From positions 576,001-640,000 of the forward strand of contig CAWHAE010000016.1 in assembly GCA_963827235.1 (NCBI GenBank): 64,000 nt of DNA, given 5' to 3'. Below the pieces are notes generated by a model. It saw only the letters and a program-made list of their open reading frames with translations, did no database searches and was not told where the DNA came from. Below are positions 22,535-33,501 of the stretch, piece after piece. A program made the translations under genes and the position numbers. Every line of letters starts with the position of its first letter. The first letter of the stretch is position 1. The stretch comes from an uncultured bacterium. GTDB lineage: Bacteria > Chloroflexota > UBA5177 > JANWHV01.

Positions 22535-23602
22535 CTAGAAGCCCTTACCCTCCATGGCCTTGGCGTTGGCCTTGGTCACCGTGGTGTCGACGGGGACGAT
22601 GTTCGCCGGAACCTTTTGCGCCGTGAAGTAAGCGTTGACCCACTTCCAGGTGAGCGGTCCATACATGGGACTGTTCGTGACGCAAACATCCCAGTTGCCC
22701 TGTGCAATGCGCAGGAAGATGTCATTCTGGCCGTCGATTGAGCCCCAGCGCAGCTTCTTGTTGAAGCCGGCTTCCTGCACGGCCTGCCACGCGCCATCGC
22801 CCATGCCGTCGTTGTGGGCATAGACCATGTCGATCTTGGTGCCGAATTTGGTGATCCAATTGGTCATGATCTTCTTGGCGGTTGCCAGGGTGAAGTCGCC
22901 GTCCTGGGAATCGAGCATATTGAATCGCTTGACGGGATCGATCACGTGATGGAATCCGCCGCCGCGCAGGATTGCCGGTCCGGCGCCGGTGCTGCCTCGC
23001 AGCTCCAGGTAGTTGATTGTACCCGTAGTATTCTGGATGAAGTAGTTGCCGACCTTGACGCCCTGCGAGTACTGATCGTTGTTGATCAGACACAGGTAGT
23101 CCTTGCCGGGCGTACCTGCGCTGTTCCTGTCGATCTCGATCACCGGTACGCCGGCCGCGAGAGCGCGGACAGTCGCCGCCTTAAGTGGATCGACCTCGCG
23201 AGGAGTCAGTACGACGAGGTCGCAACCTCGGGCGATCAGGTCGCCGACGTCACTCACCTGCTTGGCGGTGTCGCCATTGGCGACGGTGCTGATGTAGTCG
23301 TACTTCGCCGTCCAGTGCGCCGTCCACTCGTCCTTCATGCTCTTTGTCTCGGCAAAGCGCCAGGTGTTGTTCAGCTCGCTCTGCGAGAATCCGATGAGAT
23401 ACTTCGCCTTCTTCGGCGGGTGCGCGGGCGTGACTAGCGGGTTGCCCTTCGAGGCGGCCATCACCTCCATGGCATTGAAGGGATCTAGGGCGCTGGCAGC
23501 AGCGGCAGCGCTGAGGCCCAGCGCCGCAGCGCCGCGAAGAAAATCAAACCTGTTGATCTTGCCGGAACGAAGCTCGCCAGCCAGTTTGTCCATGTCGCGC
23601 AT
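22535..23602 (-). CDS. sugar ABC transporter substrate-binding protein (YtfQ-like) with Tat-like leader
   Basis: GFSQSELNNTWRFAET, AHNDGMG, SIDG; leader INRFDFLRGAAALGLSAAAA. Confidence 0.88.
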   Translation of the reverse strand: MRDMDKLAGELRSGKINRFDFLRGAAALGLSAAAAASALDPFNAMEVMAASKGNPLVTPAHPPKKAKYLIGFSQSELNNTWRFAETKSMKDEWTAHWTAKYDYISTVANGDTAKQVSDVGDLIARGCDLVVLTPREVDPLKAATVRALAAGVPVIEIDRNSAGTPGKDYLCLINNDQYSQGVKVGNYFIQNTTGTINYLELRGSTGAGPAILRGGGFHHVIDPVKRFNMLDSQDGDFTLATAKKIMTNWITKFGTKIDMVYAHNDGMGDGAWQAVQEAGFNKKLRWGSIDGQNDIFLRIAQGNWDVCVTNSPMYGPLTWKWVNAYFTAQKVPANIVPVDTTVTKANAKAMEGKGF

Positions 23603-24010
23603 GAGCTCATCCTTCCTGCGGATAACGACGAGTCGACAACGATGTTGATCCATGAAGCGCGCGGTCTCTCGGGATCCCCTAATCCCCAGATGGCAAGGTC
23701 GTGCGAGACCTCCGGACCGCTTGGGCCGTGCTCCGGCATGCTGCGCAACAGCCAGGCCACGCAGGCCGCGGTCCGGCATACACGCCGGTGAAGAGCTCCT
23801 CGAGATGGTCAGCCGAGCGCGCTCGCCTGGCCAGGGAAGCGCGGCAGAATGCTCGTGTCTTGCGGGCCGAGAACCCACCCGAGTCCAGCGTGAACGTGGT
23901 CCACAGGAACACCCCGCCTCTGCAGAGGCCTGGTGCCTCGCGCGGATCGCAGTACCCCACCCCGACCGGGCCGCGAAGGCAAGTTACATAATTCGCTGGA
24001 CAAATCAATC

Positions 24011-24058
24011 AGTACGTACTTCGCCCCCTATTATTGTCGGGCCGAGGCAGAATGTCAA
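24011..24058 (-). promoter_or_regulatory. sigma70-type promoter of the ABC operon plus a palindromic operator
   Basis: TTGACA (24058-24053), 17 bp, AATAAT (24035-24030); perfect palindrome AGTACGTACT at 24011-24020, just downstream of the predicted TSS. Confidence 0.7.
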
Positions 24059-24364
24059 GTATTTCATGCAATGGTTTTTATAGCATCATCTGCCGACCGT
24101 TCGCCCAGGATACCGAGCTCGCGGACGTCCGCCCAGGACCGCCTGCGCCCGCAGCGGGCGCGCACGCCGGGAAGAGCGTTGCCCCGGCCCATGGATAGCA
24201 GCCCGCCAGAGCGATCCTCTCCGCCACCAGCTGTGCTCGCCTGGCACAGGCGCCGGCCATGCACGCGCGGGCGACCAGGCGTCACTGGCAAGGTGATTCG
24301 GAGCGAGCTCGAACCGAGCGCGGACGCTACCTTCCGAAGACGACTGTCAGGATAGAACTGTCAC

Positions 24365-25723
24365 ATGCAAGCCCGGGCGCGATACGCTGATACTCAGCGG
24401 AGTATCGTAGAGCATAGTTTGGCACCTGTGACCGAGCGACCTGGAACCGGACCTCGCCCGACTGCAATGGGCAGCGCGCGCTACGCCTTGCGAGCGGCGC
24501 GGGGATTCTTCGGGCTGAACCTGCCCATTACGTCAGCGGTCCGGCGTGACTTCAGGCTGGATCTGCTGGGTGCGGTTCTTTACGGCGTGTTCAACGGCGC
24601 CGTGGCAGGGTATCTACTGGTAGTCGCACGGACTATCGGCGTCAGCCAGTTCGGCATCGGATTCTTGGTCGCGGCACCGGCGCTTGGCGCGATCGTGTCC
24701 TTGCCGGTGTCGCTCTCGATCACCGGCGCGCGTTCACGCCTTTTTCTGATGCTCACGTTCTACCTGGGACGCGCGCCCTTGCTGCTACTGTTGTTCTGGG
24801 CTTCGCCAGCGCCGTACCTCGTGATGGCGTCGGCATTCTACATCTTCGGCAGTCTTGCTTCGCCCTTCTACGCACAGGTGATGCAGCACGTCTATCCACG
24901 CGAATTCCGTGGCCAGCTCATGAGCCTGGTACGGGTAGGCACGGGCGTGGCAACCACCCTCTCCTCATTGGCAGCGGCATACCTACTGGGCTCGGGCAAG
25001 GTCTCGTACCAGGATCTGTTCGGCGTCGGTGCCGTGCTGGCCCTCGCCGCCACCGCCGTGTTTTCCCGCATCACGCCGGTTAGGCCGGCGGCGCGGCCAC
25101 GGCAATCCCTGCGCGAGACGTTCGGTATCCTGCGGCGGGATAAGCCGTTCGCGGATTTTCAACTGGCGCTCTACTTCATGGGCATCGGCAATATCATGGC
25201 CGGCACCCTCTATCCGCTGGTCATTGTCGACAAGCTGCACGCGGGATACGGACCGTTCGGAGTGCTCTCCGTGGTCTCGGCGCTCGGCTACCTCTCGTCC
25301 TGGATCGGGTGGGGCCGCGTCGTCGACCGCGCCGGTCCGGTGGTGACAATCCTGCTGGCAGAGGTATTCAACCTGGCCTTCATCGCCGGCCTGTTGCTTG
25401 CACCCGGTGTCTATTGGCTGGCCCCGGCCCTGTTCATGAACGGCGTGTCGAATGCAGGGTTCGAGATCGGTCCCGTGGCCTCGTCGATCCATTTCTGCGC
25501 GGCTACTCCCCAGGACGTGCCGCGGTACATGGCGCTTCACTCCCTGATCTACGGCACCCGGGGTCTGGCCTGTCCGTTCATCGCCACGCTCCTTCTTGCC
25601 GGTAACCGCTTCACGATGTCCAGCGGTGCCTCGCTCGCGATGGCACTGGTCGGTACCGCGCTCATGGTACGTCTACTTGAACCGGTGAGAGACAAACGGC
25701 CGACCGGTCCGCTTGCGACGTGA
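24365..25723 (+). CDS. MFS transporter
   Basis: About 12 hydrophobic segments, YPREFRGQLMS, WGRVVDRAG; start uncertain. Confidence 0.85.
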   Translation: MQARARYADTQRSIVEHSLAPVTERPGTGPRPTAMGSARYALRAARGFFGLNLPITSAVRRDFRLDLLGAVLYGVFNGAVAGYLLVVARTIGVSQFGIGFLVAAPALGAIVSLPVSLSITGARSRLFLMLTFYLGRAPLLLLLFWASPAPYLVMASAFYIFGSLASPFYAQVMQHVYPREFRGQLMSLVRVGTGVATTLSSLAAAYLLGSGKVSYQDLFGVGAVLALAATAVFSRITPVRPAARPRQSLRETFGILRRDKPFADFQLALYFMGIGNIMAGTLYPLVIVDKLHAGYGPFGVLSVVSALGYLSSWIGWGRVVDRAGPVVTILLAEVFNLAFIAGLLLAPGVYWLAPALFMNGVSNAGFEIGPVASSIHFCAATPQDVPRYMALHSLIYGTRGLACPFIATLLLAGNRFTMSSGASLAMALVGTALMVRLLEPVRDKRPTGPLAT

Positions 25724-25995
25724 CGGGCGGCATTCAGCCCGGAACAAGGCCCTGCTCAGCTTTCCGCGTGACTGACAGTGCCGCCACAAACTCCCCGTCT
25801 ATCGCAATCGACAGCATGAGGTGCAGATGACGCGGTCCCGCGATGCCTGTCTCGCGGTGGAACTGGCCGGAGGGCCACGCCGAGCGGCCGGTGCCTGAAC
25901 AGGTCGCGGCAATCACTTCCGCATGCCTCGCGTGCGGGCCGTCAATGTGTCGTAGGTGTGCTGCCGCCTCATTCGAGTCCGGACGGCCTGCCGCC

Positions 25996-26592
25996 TCACT
26001 TCAGCCCGGCGTACCCCGGCTGATGCACGATCGTGACATCCGGCGGAGGCCAATAGGAGAGCATGGCCCGGCCGATGACGTTCTTGATCGGCAGCAATCC
26101 CCACACATGCGAGTCACTGGAGTTGTTGCGGTTGTCGCCCATCACGAAGAGATCGCCCTTGGGTACTTTGACATCGCAATAGGTGCACCCCGATGCCGCG
26201 TAATCAGGCTCGGCAGCAACGTACGGCTCGCTCAGCTGCACATTGTTCACGTACACCTGACCGCGCGCGATAACGACGTGGTCACCGGCGACCCCTATCA
26301 CGCGCTTGATGTAGTCGAGACTGGGATCTACCGGATACTCGAACACTATCACGTCGCCGCGCTCCGGAGAATGGAAGCGGTAGGTCAGCTTGTCGACCAG
26401 GATATACTCGCCGTTGTGAAACGTCGGCTCCATGCTCTGCCCCTGCACTGTAAATGGCTGCAGTGAGAAGCGTGCGGCGAGAAAGAGCGCTACGGTGATG
26501 AAAATCGTCTCGATAAGCTCGACCGCGAGTCTGCGTCGCGGCGCGCGCGGCGGTGGCGCGGCAGCCGCCTGGCCCGGGTAAGCGGGTGGCAC
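25996..26592 (-). CDS. lepB: signal peptidase I
   Basis: GQSMEPT, YIKRVIG, GDNRNNSSDS; the true start may be ATC at 26601. Confidence 0.95.
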   Translation of the reverse strand: MPPAYPGQAAAAPPPRAPRRRLAVELIETIFITVALFLAARFSLQPFTVQGQSMEPTFHNGEYILVDKLTYRFHSPERGDVIVFEYPVDPSLDYIKRVIGVAGDHVVIARGQVYVNNVQLSEPYVAAEPDYAASGCTYCDVKVPKGDLFVMGDNRNNSSDSHVWGLLPIKNVIGRAMLSYWPPPDVTIVHQPGYAGLK

Positions 26593-26732
26593 GGGTTCGA
26601 TCGTCTATCTCCTCACTGTGTCAATCGCGCCGGTCCATGCACTGCGACACCTGCCTCTCCAGAAGGGATGCAGTCGGAGCTCCTGCGGCGTGCCGTCTCT
26701 GGCACCGCCCGGTAGCATGAAGTGTCGCGTCG

Positions 26733-26806
26733 TGCTCCGGGCAGGATTCGAACCCGCGACACCTGGTTCCGAAGACCAGTGCTCTAATCCACTGAGCTAC
26801 CGGAGC
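26733..26806 (-). tRNA. tRNA-Arg (anticodon UCG), CCA not encoded
   Basis: Acceptor GCTCCGG/CCGGAGC, D-arm GCTC/GAGC, anticodon arm CTGGT-CT-TCG-GA-ACCAG, T-loop GTTCGAATC. Confidence 0.95.
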
Positions 26807-26879
26807 ATGATGGAAGTATACTTGGCCGGCCGGGCAAGGTCCACCACGCCCGACAAGCGAGGCAGCCCGCACGGACGCT

Positions 26880-27407
26880 TCAATGCAGCATCGTGATGTC
26901 GGGCATCGGCCAGTAGGCGAACATCGCTCTTCCTTCGACGTTGCTCAGCGGCACGAATCCCCATATGTGAGAGTCACTCGAGTTGTCGCGGTTGTCGCCG
27001 AGCACGTAGAGATAGCCCTTGGGAACATGTACGTCGCAGTACGCGCACTGCGATTGCGAATAGTCCGGCGGATCCGCGATATAGGCCTCAGATAGCTGGA
27101 GCCCGTTGACGTAGACATGCCCGTTCGCTACCACGACGTGGTCGCCCGCCACTCCGATCACGCGTTTGATGTAGTCCTGGGTCGGATCCTTGGGATACTT
27201 GAAGACGATGATGTCTCCGCGCTGGGGACTGTGCAGCATGTAGCTGACCTTATCCAGCATGACCCATTCGTCGTTGTGCAGGGTCGGCTCCATGCTCTGC
27301 CCGTCCACGATGCGAGGCGTTATCGTGGCGTGAATCCCCAGGTAGATCAGCGCGGTCACTAGCGCAATCTGCACAAGCTCCTTGACCGCTTTCCCCGATG
27401 CTCGCAT
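26880..27407 (-). CDS. lepB: signal peptidase I, second paralog
   Basis: GQSMEPT, YIKRVIG, GDNRDNSSDS. Confidence 0.95.
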   Translation of the reverse strand: MRASGKAVKELVQIALVTALIYLGIHATITPRIVDGQSMEPTLHNDEWVMLDKVSYMLHSPQRGDIIVFKYPKDPTQDYIKRVIGVAGDHVVVANGHVYVNGLQLSEAYIADPPDYSQSQCAYCDVHVPKGYLYVLGDNRDNSSDSHIWGFVPLSNVEGRAMFAYWPMPDITMLH

Positions 27408-27861
27408 CAGTCTGCGTCCTCGTTTCGCTCATGTCTCAGCCTCAGGCGCGATCGTACCGCGCCGCCGCCTATCAGACCGTAGCCCATTCGTCAGTGTCGC
27501 GCAAGCTATCCCCGGTTACGGTCGAATTAAGATTCGGCAATCTCCTGCGCCCGGCACTCGACGCGACCGGTGGTTGCCGCCGTCCCGTAAACGCTTTACC
27601 TGCGCCCTGACCCTCGGGTGGCCGGCACAGTCCGCGGTGTCGAGGCGCCGAGGCGCGCGCCGTTTCTATTCGCTCAGGAACCGTGCTATACTGTGGGCTG
27701 ACTGGCAGACGGCCATGATCTCCGCGCCCGAAGCGGACCGACCAGCCTGGTCTCCCGGCTCTGCCAGAGCGAATCCGACCGGCAACGATCCTGTCCTGCG
27801 CGTCCCGTCGCGTTCGAGGTGCATCGGCTCCTTAGCTGGCGGTGTCGTGGCTGCCTGGAAG

Positions 27862-30667
27862 ATGATTCACGTCGTTGAGTACCCCGGTCGATCTCGTGGC
27901 GCGAGGATCGCGAGCGCACTGCTGCTCACGGTCCTGTTGATGCATTTTGCCTCCGACGGCGGGACAGCCCAGATTGCCTTCGCCGGGACCGTGTCTCGCA
28001 CGCCGGTACCGGCTTCCGGCCCGCCAGGAACTCAGGTGCTATTGCAGGATGGCGCCGGCGACCTCGCAATCGGATCTGTCGTGACCGTCTGGATGGCCGG
28101 CACCATCCTCGAAGATAATGTTCCGGTCGGCGATGGCGGAAGCTTCTCCATCACCGTGACCGTGCCGCAGCTGGAGGCGGGCGGCTACTACATCGACGTC
28201 GAGGCGAATAGCGGCTCCGTCGAGTTCCCCTTTGCAGTCACCGGCGCGACCGCCAGCGCGACCGCGACGATCACCGCGCCGGTGCCGTCCGCCACCGCAA
28301 CGGCAACGCAGCCGGTAGCAGCGACGGCGACGCCGCTCCAGCCGACAACGCCAAGTTCAACGGCGACACTCTCGCTGGCGACCGCGGCACCCACCGACAC
28401 GCCCGCCACGGCCTGGTCACCTACTTGTACCGCGACAGAGACGCCCTATGCGACCCAGGTCCTCGGTGTCTCGCCGGCCTCGGGCCCACCCGGAAGCACC
28501 AACGTGATCGTCACCGCCAATCCAGGCGCATTTGCCGGCGCCGCTGGCGTGGACCTGAGCTTCGTCGATTCGGGAGGCACGTCGACCGATTCTGCCGCTG
28601 GTAGTCGCTCGGGCCGACGGTTCGTTTTCCGCGAGCGTGCAGCTCCCGGTCATGGCTACCTACGGCGTTGCGACACTCATCGCCCATGTGGATGCGTCGG
28701 GCCAGCTGGCGAGAGGCACGTACTTCGTCACACCTGAGGTTCGGACTCTTCCATCCCTTGCCAGTCCCGGCCAGACCGTGGAGATCATCGCGGACGGGTT
28801 CCCGCCCACCGCTACTGTCTCCTTTCAGCTTGCAGGCGTTGTTCTTCCTTTCGATCCGCCGGTAGCCACCGATGAGCGGGGCCACCTCGACGTGAAGGTT
28901 GTCGTCCCCCCGGCGATCGGCAGCCAGCCCTCGGCGTCACTCAGCGTTACCAGCCTCGCCGGCGGGTGCACGGCGGCGGTGTCCCTGCCCATTGCCGAGC
29001 CATCGCCGACCATGACTCGCACTCCCAGCCAGACGCGCACCCCGAGCACGACCCGGACCCCGAGCACGACCCGGACCGAGTCCGCCACGCCCACACCGAG
29101 CTGCACGCGCACTCCCAAGGCTAGCCGCACGGCGAGCGATACGCGTACCGCGTCGCCCAGCGGCACGCCGGCGAAGACGGCGACGACACGCGCCGTACGG
29201 TCCGGCGCAGCGGCGATTCCCAGCGCGAAAGTGACCGCCCGGCCGGTAGCCTCGCCGAGCACTGCGGGGACCGCGTCCAGCGCGAGCGTTGGCTCTCAGG
29301 CTACGAAGCTACTGTTCGCCGAGGGCTCCACTGCACAGGCGACGAAGAGCGGTGGAGTGTCATTTGCCGAGACAATCAACGTGGTCAATCCGACCAGCTA
29401 TACCGTCCCGCTCACCTTCACGTATTATGTCGTGGGCCGCGGAATGGCTGTCGTCGTGCGCCGTGTGCTCGGGCCGTCGTCTGCGCTTCGGGAGAACGTC
29501 AATGGCGATGTCGGAGCGAACAGGATCGTGTCGGCGGTGCTGTCGTCGCCCGTGCGCGTTGCTTCCTCACGTACTATTTCCCGGCGCGAGGCGGGCGGCG
29601 AGCGCCTCGACGGCAGTACTACCCCCGGAGCCCGGGCTCCGGCCACGAAGTGGTACTTCGCCGGTAGCCCCGGCGGCAGCAGAGTCCGCGACTATCTGAC
29701 GCTGTTCAACCCCACCGGAGCGACGGCCGCCGTGACCATTACGCTGGCGACCACTACTTCCGGCGGGCGCGGGGCTGGCAAGATCACCGCACGCATACCG
29801 CCTCTTGGGCGGACGACCCTCGAGGTGGGTGGGCCGCAGGGCAGCAGACAGTTGGCAGGGGCGGGACTCATCATCGCCAGCTCGGCGGCGGTCGTGGCCG
29901 AGCGCGTCGAGTACTTCGGCACCGGCTCCGGACCGGCTCAGCGAGGCTTCACGGTGACGCTCGGCTCGTCCAGGCCGTCGATTGTTGCCCGCTTCGCGCT
30001 CGGCCCCTCGGTCAACCGCTCCGGAGCAGGCGGCGACCAGACGGTTGTGACAGTGCTGAATCCGGCTGGCTCGGCCGGGAGAATCGCGGTGACGGCGCGC
30101 TTTACGGATGCGGTCGGGCATGCGATCGGCCGGCCGCGCGTGTTGATCGTGCCTGCCGGCACTCATAGCTCGATAGCCGTGGAGCCGCTGCTCGGTGCCG
30201 CGCAGACGGGAGTCGGCATCGAGTTGCACGGAAGCGGTCCGCTCGTGGCTGAGGCCACCCGTTACCTCGGTGGACCGCCGGACGGGGCAGCTCGCGCGGG
30301 CATCGACCTGCCGGGCGCGGATACGCCGTCCGGCGACATGTACTTCTCGGATCTGGCGACCTCGTTGGCAGACGGAACACAGGCTGTGCGCCGCCTTTAC
30401 GTCTTCGATCCGGGAACGGCGCCCCTTCGCGTCGTGACTCGATACTTTACTACGCACGGCGCCAGGCAGGCGGCGCCGCGCCTGGTACCTGGCCACGGCA
30501 TCGCCATCATCGACGTAGCGGCTGACCTGAGAGCCGCCAAGATCGTGGGGCCGGTGGGCGGCGAGCTTACACTCGCACCCGGCACGCACGGAGCGTTCAT
30601 TGCCTGCTCCGTCGGCACGAGCGTCGATGGACAAGAGGCGGTCGAGGAGCCCGGGGATCCGCGCTGA
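27862..30667 (+). CDS. large secreted/surface protein (Ig-like domains, Thr/Pro linkers, FAEG-repeat C-terminal domain); apparent +1 frameshift near 28590
   Basis: Signal-like hydrophobic stretch, LLFAEGST, KWYFAG, VVAERVEYF. Deleting one T in GATTCTG joins the two ORFs as TDLPLVVARADGSFSASVQLP. Confidence 0.75.
29013..29160 (+). repeat. imperfect 18-bp coding repeats (TRTPSx linker)
   Basis: CCCGAGCACGACCCGGAC occurs twice; the translation is TRTPSQTRTPSTTRTPSTTRTES. Confidence 0.7.
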
Positions 30668-30690
30668 TCCCGGATGCACACCGGCGCCGC

Positions 30691-31395
30691 TCAGCTATGC
30701 CGGGACTCTGTATTCGTGCCGCCGGCTTCAGGCGCCTCCCGGTGGCGACGCGGCGCGCCTTCACGCTCGCGAAGCACATCGCCCACGGAGTCCAGCGACA
30801 CGCCTTTCGCACTGAGCATCACCAGCGCGTGGTAGAGGAGATCCGCGATCTCCGCCGCTAGGTCGTCGGGCGAATCGTTTTTGGCCGCGATTATCACTTC
30901 GGCCGTCTCCTCACCCAGCTTTCGTGCGATTCTGTCCACACCCTGCGCCAGTAGGTGATTGGTGTAGGATCCGGCTTCCGGCTGCCGGCGGCGACCCTCG
31001 ATCGTCTGGTACAGCCGAGCCAGCACCGCGCCGCCCGCGCGACCCTCGGCCGCATGCGGGTCGTCTGCGCGCGAGGACTCGGAGAAGCACGAGCGAGCAC
31101 CGGTATGGCAAGTCGGTCCCTCGGGGGCGGCGCGCACCAATAGCGTGTCGCCGTCGCAGTCGGGCCTGACCTCAACGACACGCAGGTAATTGCCCGACGT
31201 CAGGCCTTTGTGCCACATCTCGCTCCTGCTCCGGCTCCAGAACCAGACATCGCCGCTCGAGAGCGTCCGCTGGACGGCCTCTGCGTTCATGTAGCCGAGC
31301 ATGAGCACAGTGCCATCGTGCACGTCCTGCACGATGGCGGGAATCAATCCGCGGTCGTCGAAGCGCAGACTGTCGAGCGTACGGCGTTCACTCAC
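30691..31395 (-). CDS. hisIE: bifunctional phosphoribosyl-AMP cyclohydrolase/phosphoribosyl-ATP pyrophosphatase
   Basis: [40 protein letters not shown]. Confidence 0.96.
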   Translation of the reverse strand: MSERRTLDSLRFDDRGLIPAIVQDVHDGTVLMLGYMNAEAVQRTLSSGDVWFWSRSRSEMWHKGLTSGNYLRVVEVRPDCDGDTLLVRAAPEGPTCHTGARSCFSESSRADDPHAAEGRAGGAVLARLYQTIEGRRRQPEAGSYTNHLLAQGVDRIARKLGEETAEVIIAAKNDSPDDLAAEIADLLYHALVMLSAKGVSLDSVGDVLREREGAPRRHREAPEAGGTNTESRHS

Positions 31396-32171
31396 AGAGA
31401 CACGCTCCCGCTGGGCAAGCGCACCGGTATGCCGCGCCTGCGCATCTCAAGCTTGACGTCGCCGACCGTGAGCTCGGCGTAGTGGAAGATGCTCGCGGCC
31501 AGCACGGCATCTGCTTTCCCGATCGAGACCGCCTCGGCCATGTGGACCGCGTTGCCGGCGCCGCCCGACGCAATGACCGGCACGGGCACCGCGTCCGCGA
31601 CTGCCGCGGTGAGAGTCAGCTCGAAACCGTCTTTCGTGCCGTCCGCGTCCATCGACGTGAGCAATATCTCGCCGGCGCCACGGCGAACGACTTCGCGTGC
31701 CCATTCTATCGCGTCGAGACCGGTGGCTCGCCTGCCGCCATGGGAATAAACCTCGTAGGTTCCAGATTGACGGCGACGCGCGTCAATGGCCACCACGATA
31801 CACTGACTGCCAAACGCGTAGGCACCCTCAGCAACCAAATCGGGACGGGCGATCGCCGCCGTATTCACGGCGATCTTGTCCGCGCCGGCGCGCAGCATGC
31901 GCCGCATGTCGTCGACGGATCGAATGCCTCCGCCTACCGTGAGCGGAATGAATACCTGATCGGCGGTTCGCGCCACCACCTCCACCATTGTGTCACGTTC
32001 GTCGCTGGAGGCCGTGATATCCAGGAAGGTCAGCTCGTCCGCGCCTTGCAGGTCGTAGAGATGCGCCATCTCTACCGGATCGCCGGCATCGCGCAGTGCC
32101 ACGAAATTGGTGCCCTTGACCACGCGTCCTCCGGTCACGTCGAGGCAAGGGATGACTCTCTTGGTGAGCAT
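31392..32171 (-). CDS. hisF: imidazole glycerol phosphate synthase cyclase subunit
   Basis: [35 protein letters not shown]. Confidence 0.97.
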   Translation of the reverse strand: MLTKRVIPCLDVTGGRVVKGTNFVALRDAGDPVEMAHLYDLQGADELTFLDITASSDERDTMVEVVARTADQVFIPLTVGGGIRSVDDMRRMLRAGADKIAVNTAAIARPDLVAEGAYAFGSQCIVVAIDARRRQSGTYEVYSHGGRRATGLDAIEWAREVVRRGAGEILLTSMDADGTKDGFELTLTAAVADAVPVPVIASGGAGNAVHMAEAVSIGKADAVLAASIFHYAELTVGDVKLEMRRRGIPVRLPSGSVSL

Positions 32172-32175
32172 ACGA

Positions 32176-32886
32176 TTATCTCCAGCGTCGTAGCGTGCTG
32201 AGCGGCAGAGCCCCTGTGTAGAGCGCCTTACCAACGATCGACGCTTCCGCCCCGGCAGAGGCGACTGCTTCGAGATGCGACTCGCTCGCGATACCGCCGG
32301 ACGCCACCACGGGAACGCCGGCCGCGTCAATGATCTCCCGCAAGCCCTCTACGTTCGGACCCGCCAGCATGCCGTCGGTTGCGATGTCGGTGTAGATCAG
32401 GCGGCGCGCACCGGCAGCCACTACATCCAGTGCCATGTCGACCGCCCGGGTGGCGCTCGTCTCGATCCAGCCCTTTATGGCGGCCAGCCCGTTTCGGGCG
32501 TCGATGCCGACGGCGACTGCCGGTCCGTGCAAGGTGAGCAGTCGGCCCAACAGGTCGCGGTTCTCCAGCGCTGCCGTACCGATTACCACGCGCGCAGCGC
32601 CGGCGCCAAGCGCCTGTTCCACGGCATCGCTCGTGCGCAAGCCGCCGCCGAACTCTACCTTGAGCGCCGTGGCGGCGGCGATCTGCGCGAGCACGCCGAC
32701 ATGGCGCGGTTCGCCCTCGCGCGCGCCGTCCAGGTCGACGAGATGCAGCCAGGTGGCGCCCTCCGCCTCGAATCGACGCGCCACTTCCACCGGATCGTGG
32801 GAGTAGCGCGTGTCACGATCGAAGTCGCCCTGTTCGAGACGAACGCACAGTCCGCCACGGAGGTCGATGGCCGGTATCAAGAGCAT
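32176..32886 (-). CDS. hisA: ProFAR isomerase
   Basis: [32 protein letters not shown]. Confidence 0.96.
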   Translation of the reverse strand: MLLIPAIDLRGGLCVRLEQGDFDRDTRYSHDPVEVARRFEAEGATWLHLVDLDGAREGEPRHVGVLAQIAAATALKVEFGGGLRTSDAVEQALGAGAARVVIGTAALENRDLLGRLLTLHGPAVAVGIDARNGLAAIKGWIETSATRAVDMALDVVAAGARRLIYTDIATDGMLAGPNVEGLREIIDAAGVPVVASGGIASESHLEAVASAGAEASIVGKALYTGALPLSTLRRWR

Positions 32887-33494
32887 ACGCCGGCCAGACG
32901 GAGGAAATTCGCGTAGATGCGCAGACCATCAGGACCGCTCTTCTCGGGGTGAAACTGCGTGCCCAGCACGTTCTCATGGACTATCGCCGAGCAGAATGAG
33001 TCGCCGTATCCAGTGACGGCACACACAACGTCCGTCGACGGCACGGCAAAATATGAGTGCACGAAGTAGAAATGGCTGTGGTCGGCAATGCCGTCGAAGA
33101 GCGCTGTAGGTCGCCGGTACTCGACGGTATTCCAGCCCATGTGCGGTACCTTGAGCCCAAGCGGGAAGAGCCGTACGTCGCCGGGCACGATGCCCAGGCA
33201 CGGCGTGCCGTCCTGGCCGCCTTCGTCGCTATGGCCGAGCAACAGCTGAAGGCCCAGGCACACGCCGAATAGCGGTACGCCGCGCTCGGCGACGGTCTTC
33301 AGTGCCGCGTCCATTCCCAGGCGTGCCAGGCGCTCCATGGATTGCTGCGCCGAGCCCACACCGGGAAGAATGACTGCCGCGGCGCGCAGCACTTCGTGCG
33401 GATCGGCCGTGACCGTCGGCCGGCCGCCGGCGTGCTCGACCGCGCGCACTACGCTGTGAAGGTTCCCTGCGCCGTAATCGACAATCGCTAGCAT
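32877..33494 (-). CDS. hisH: imidazole glycerol phosphate synthase glutamine amidotransferase subunit
   Basis: DYGAGNL, GVCLGLQ, PHMGWN, QFHPEKS. Confidence 0.97.
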   Translation of the reverse strand: MLAIVDYGAGNLHSVVRAVEHAGGRPTVTADPHEVLRAAAVILPGVGSAQQSMERLARLGMDAALKTVAERGVPLFGVCLGLQLLLGHSDEGGQDGTPCLGIVPGDVRLFPLGLKVPHMGWNTVEYRRPTALFDGIADHSHFYFVHSYFAVPSTDVVCAVTGYGDSFCSAIVHENVLGTQFHPEKSGPDGLRIYANFLRLAGVCS

Positions 33495-33501
33495 GTCCCG
33501 G

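Noticed and set aside
26733-26806. tRNA as an integration site of a genomic island
   Set aside because: No duplicated tRNA 3' end, integrase or obvious compositional shift was seen in the window.
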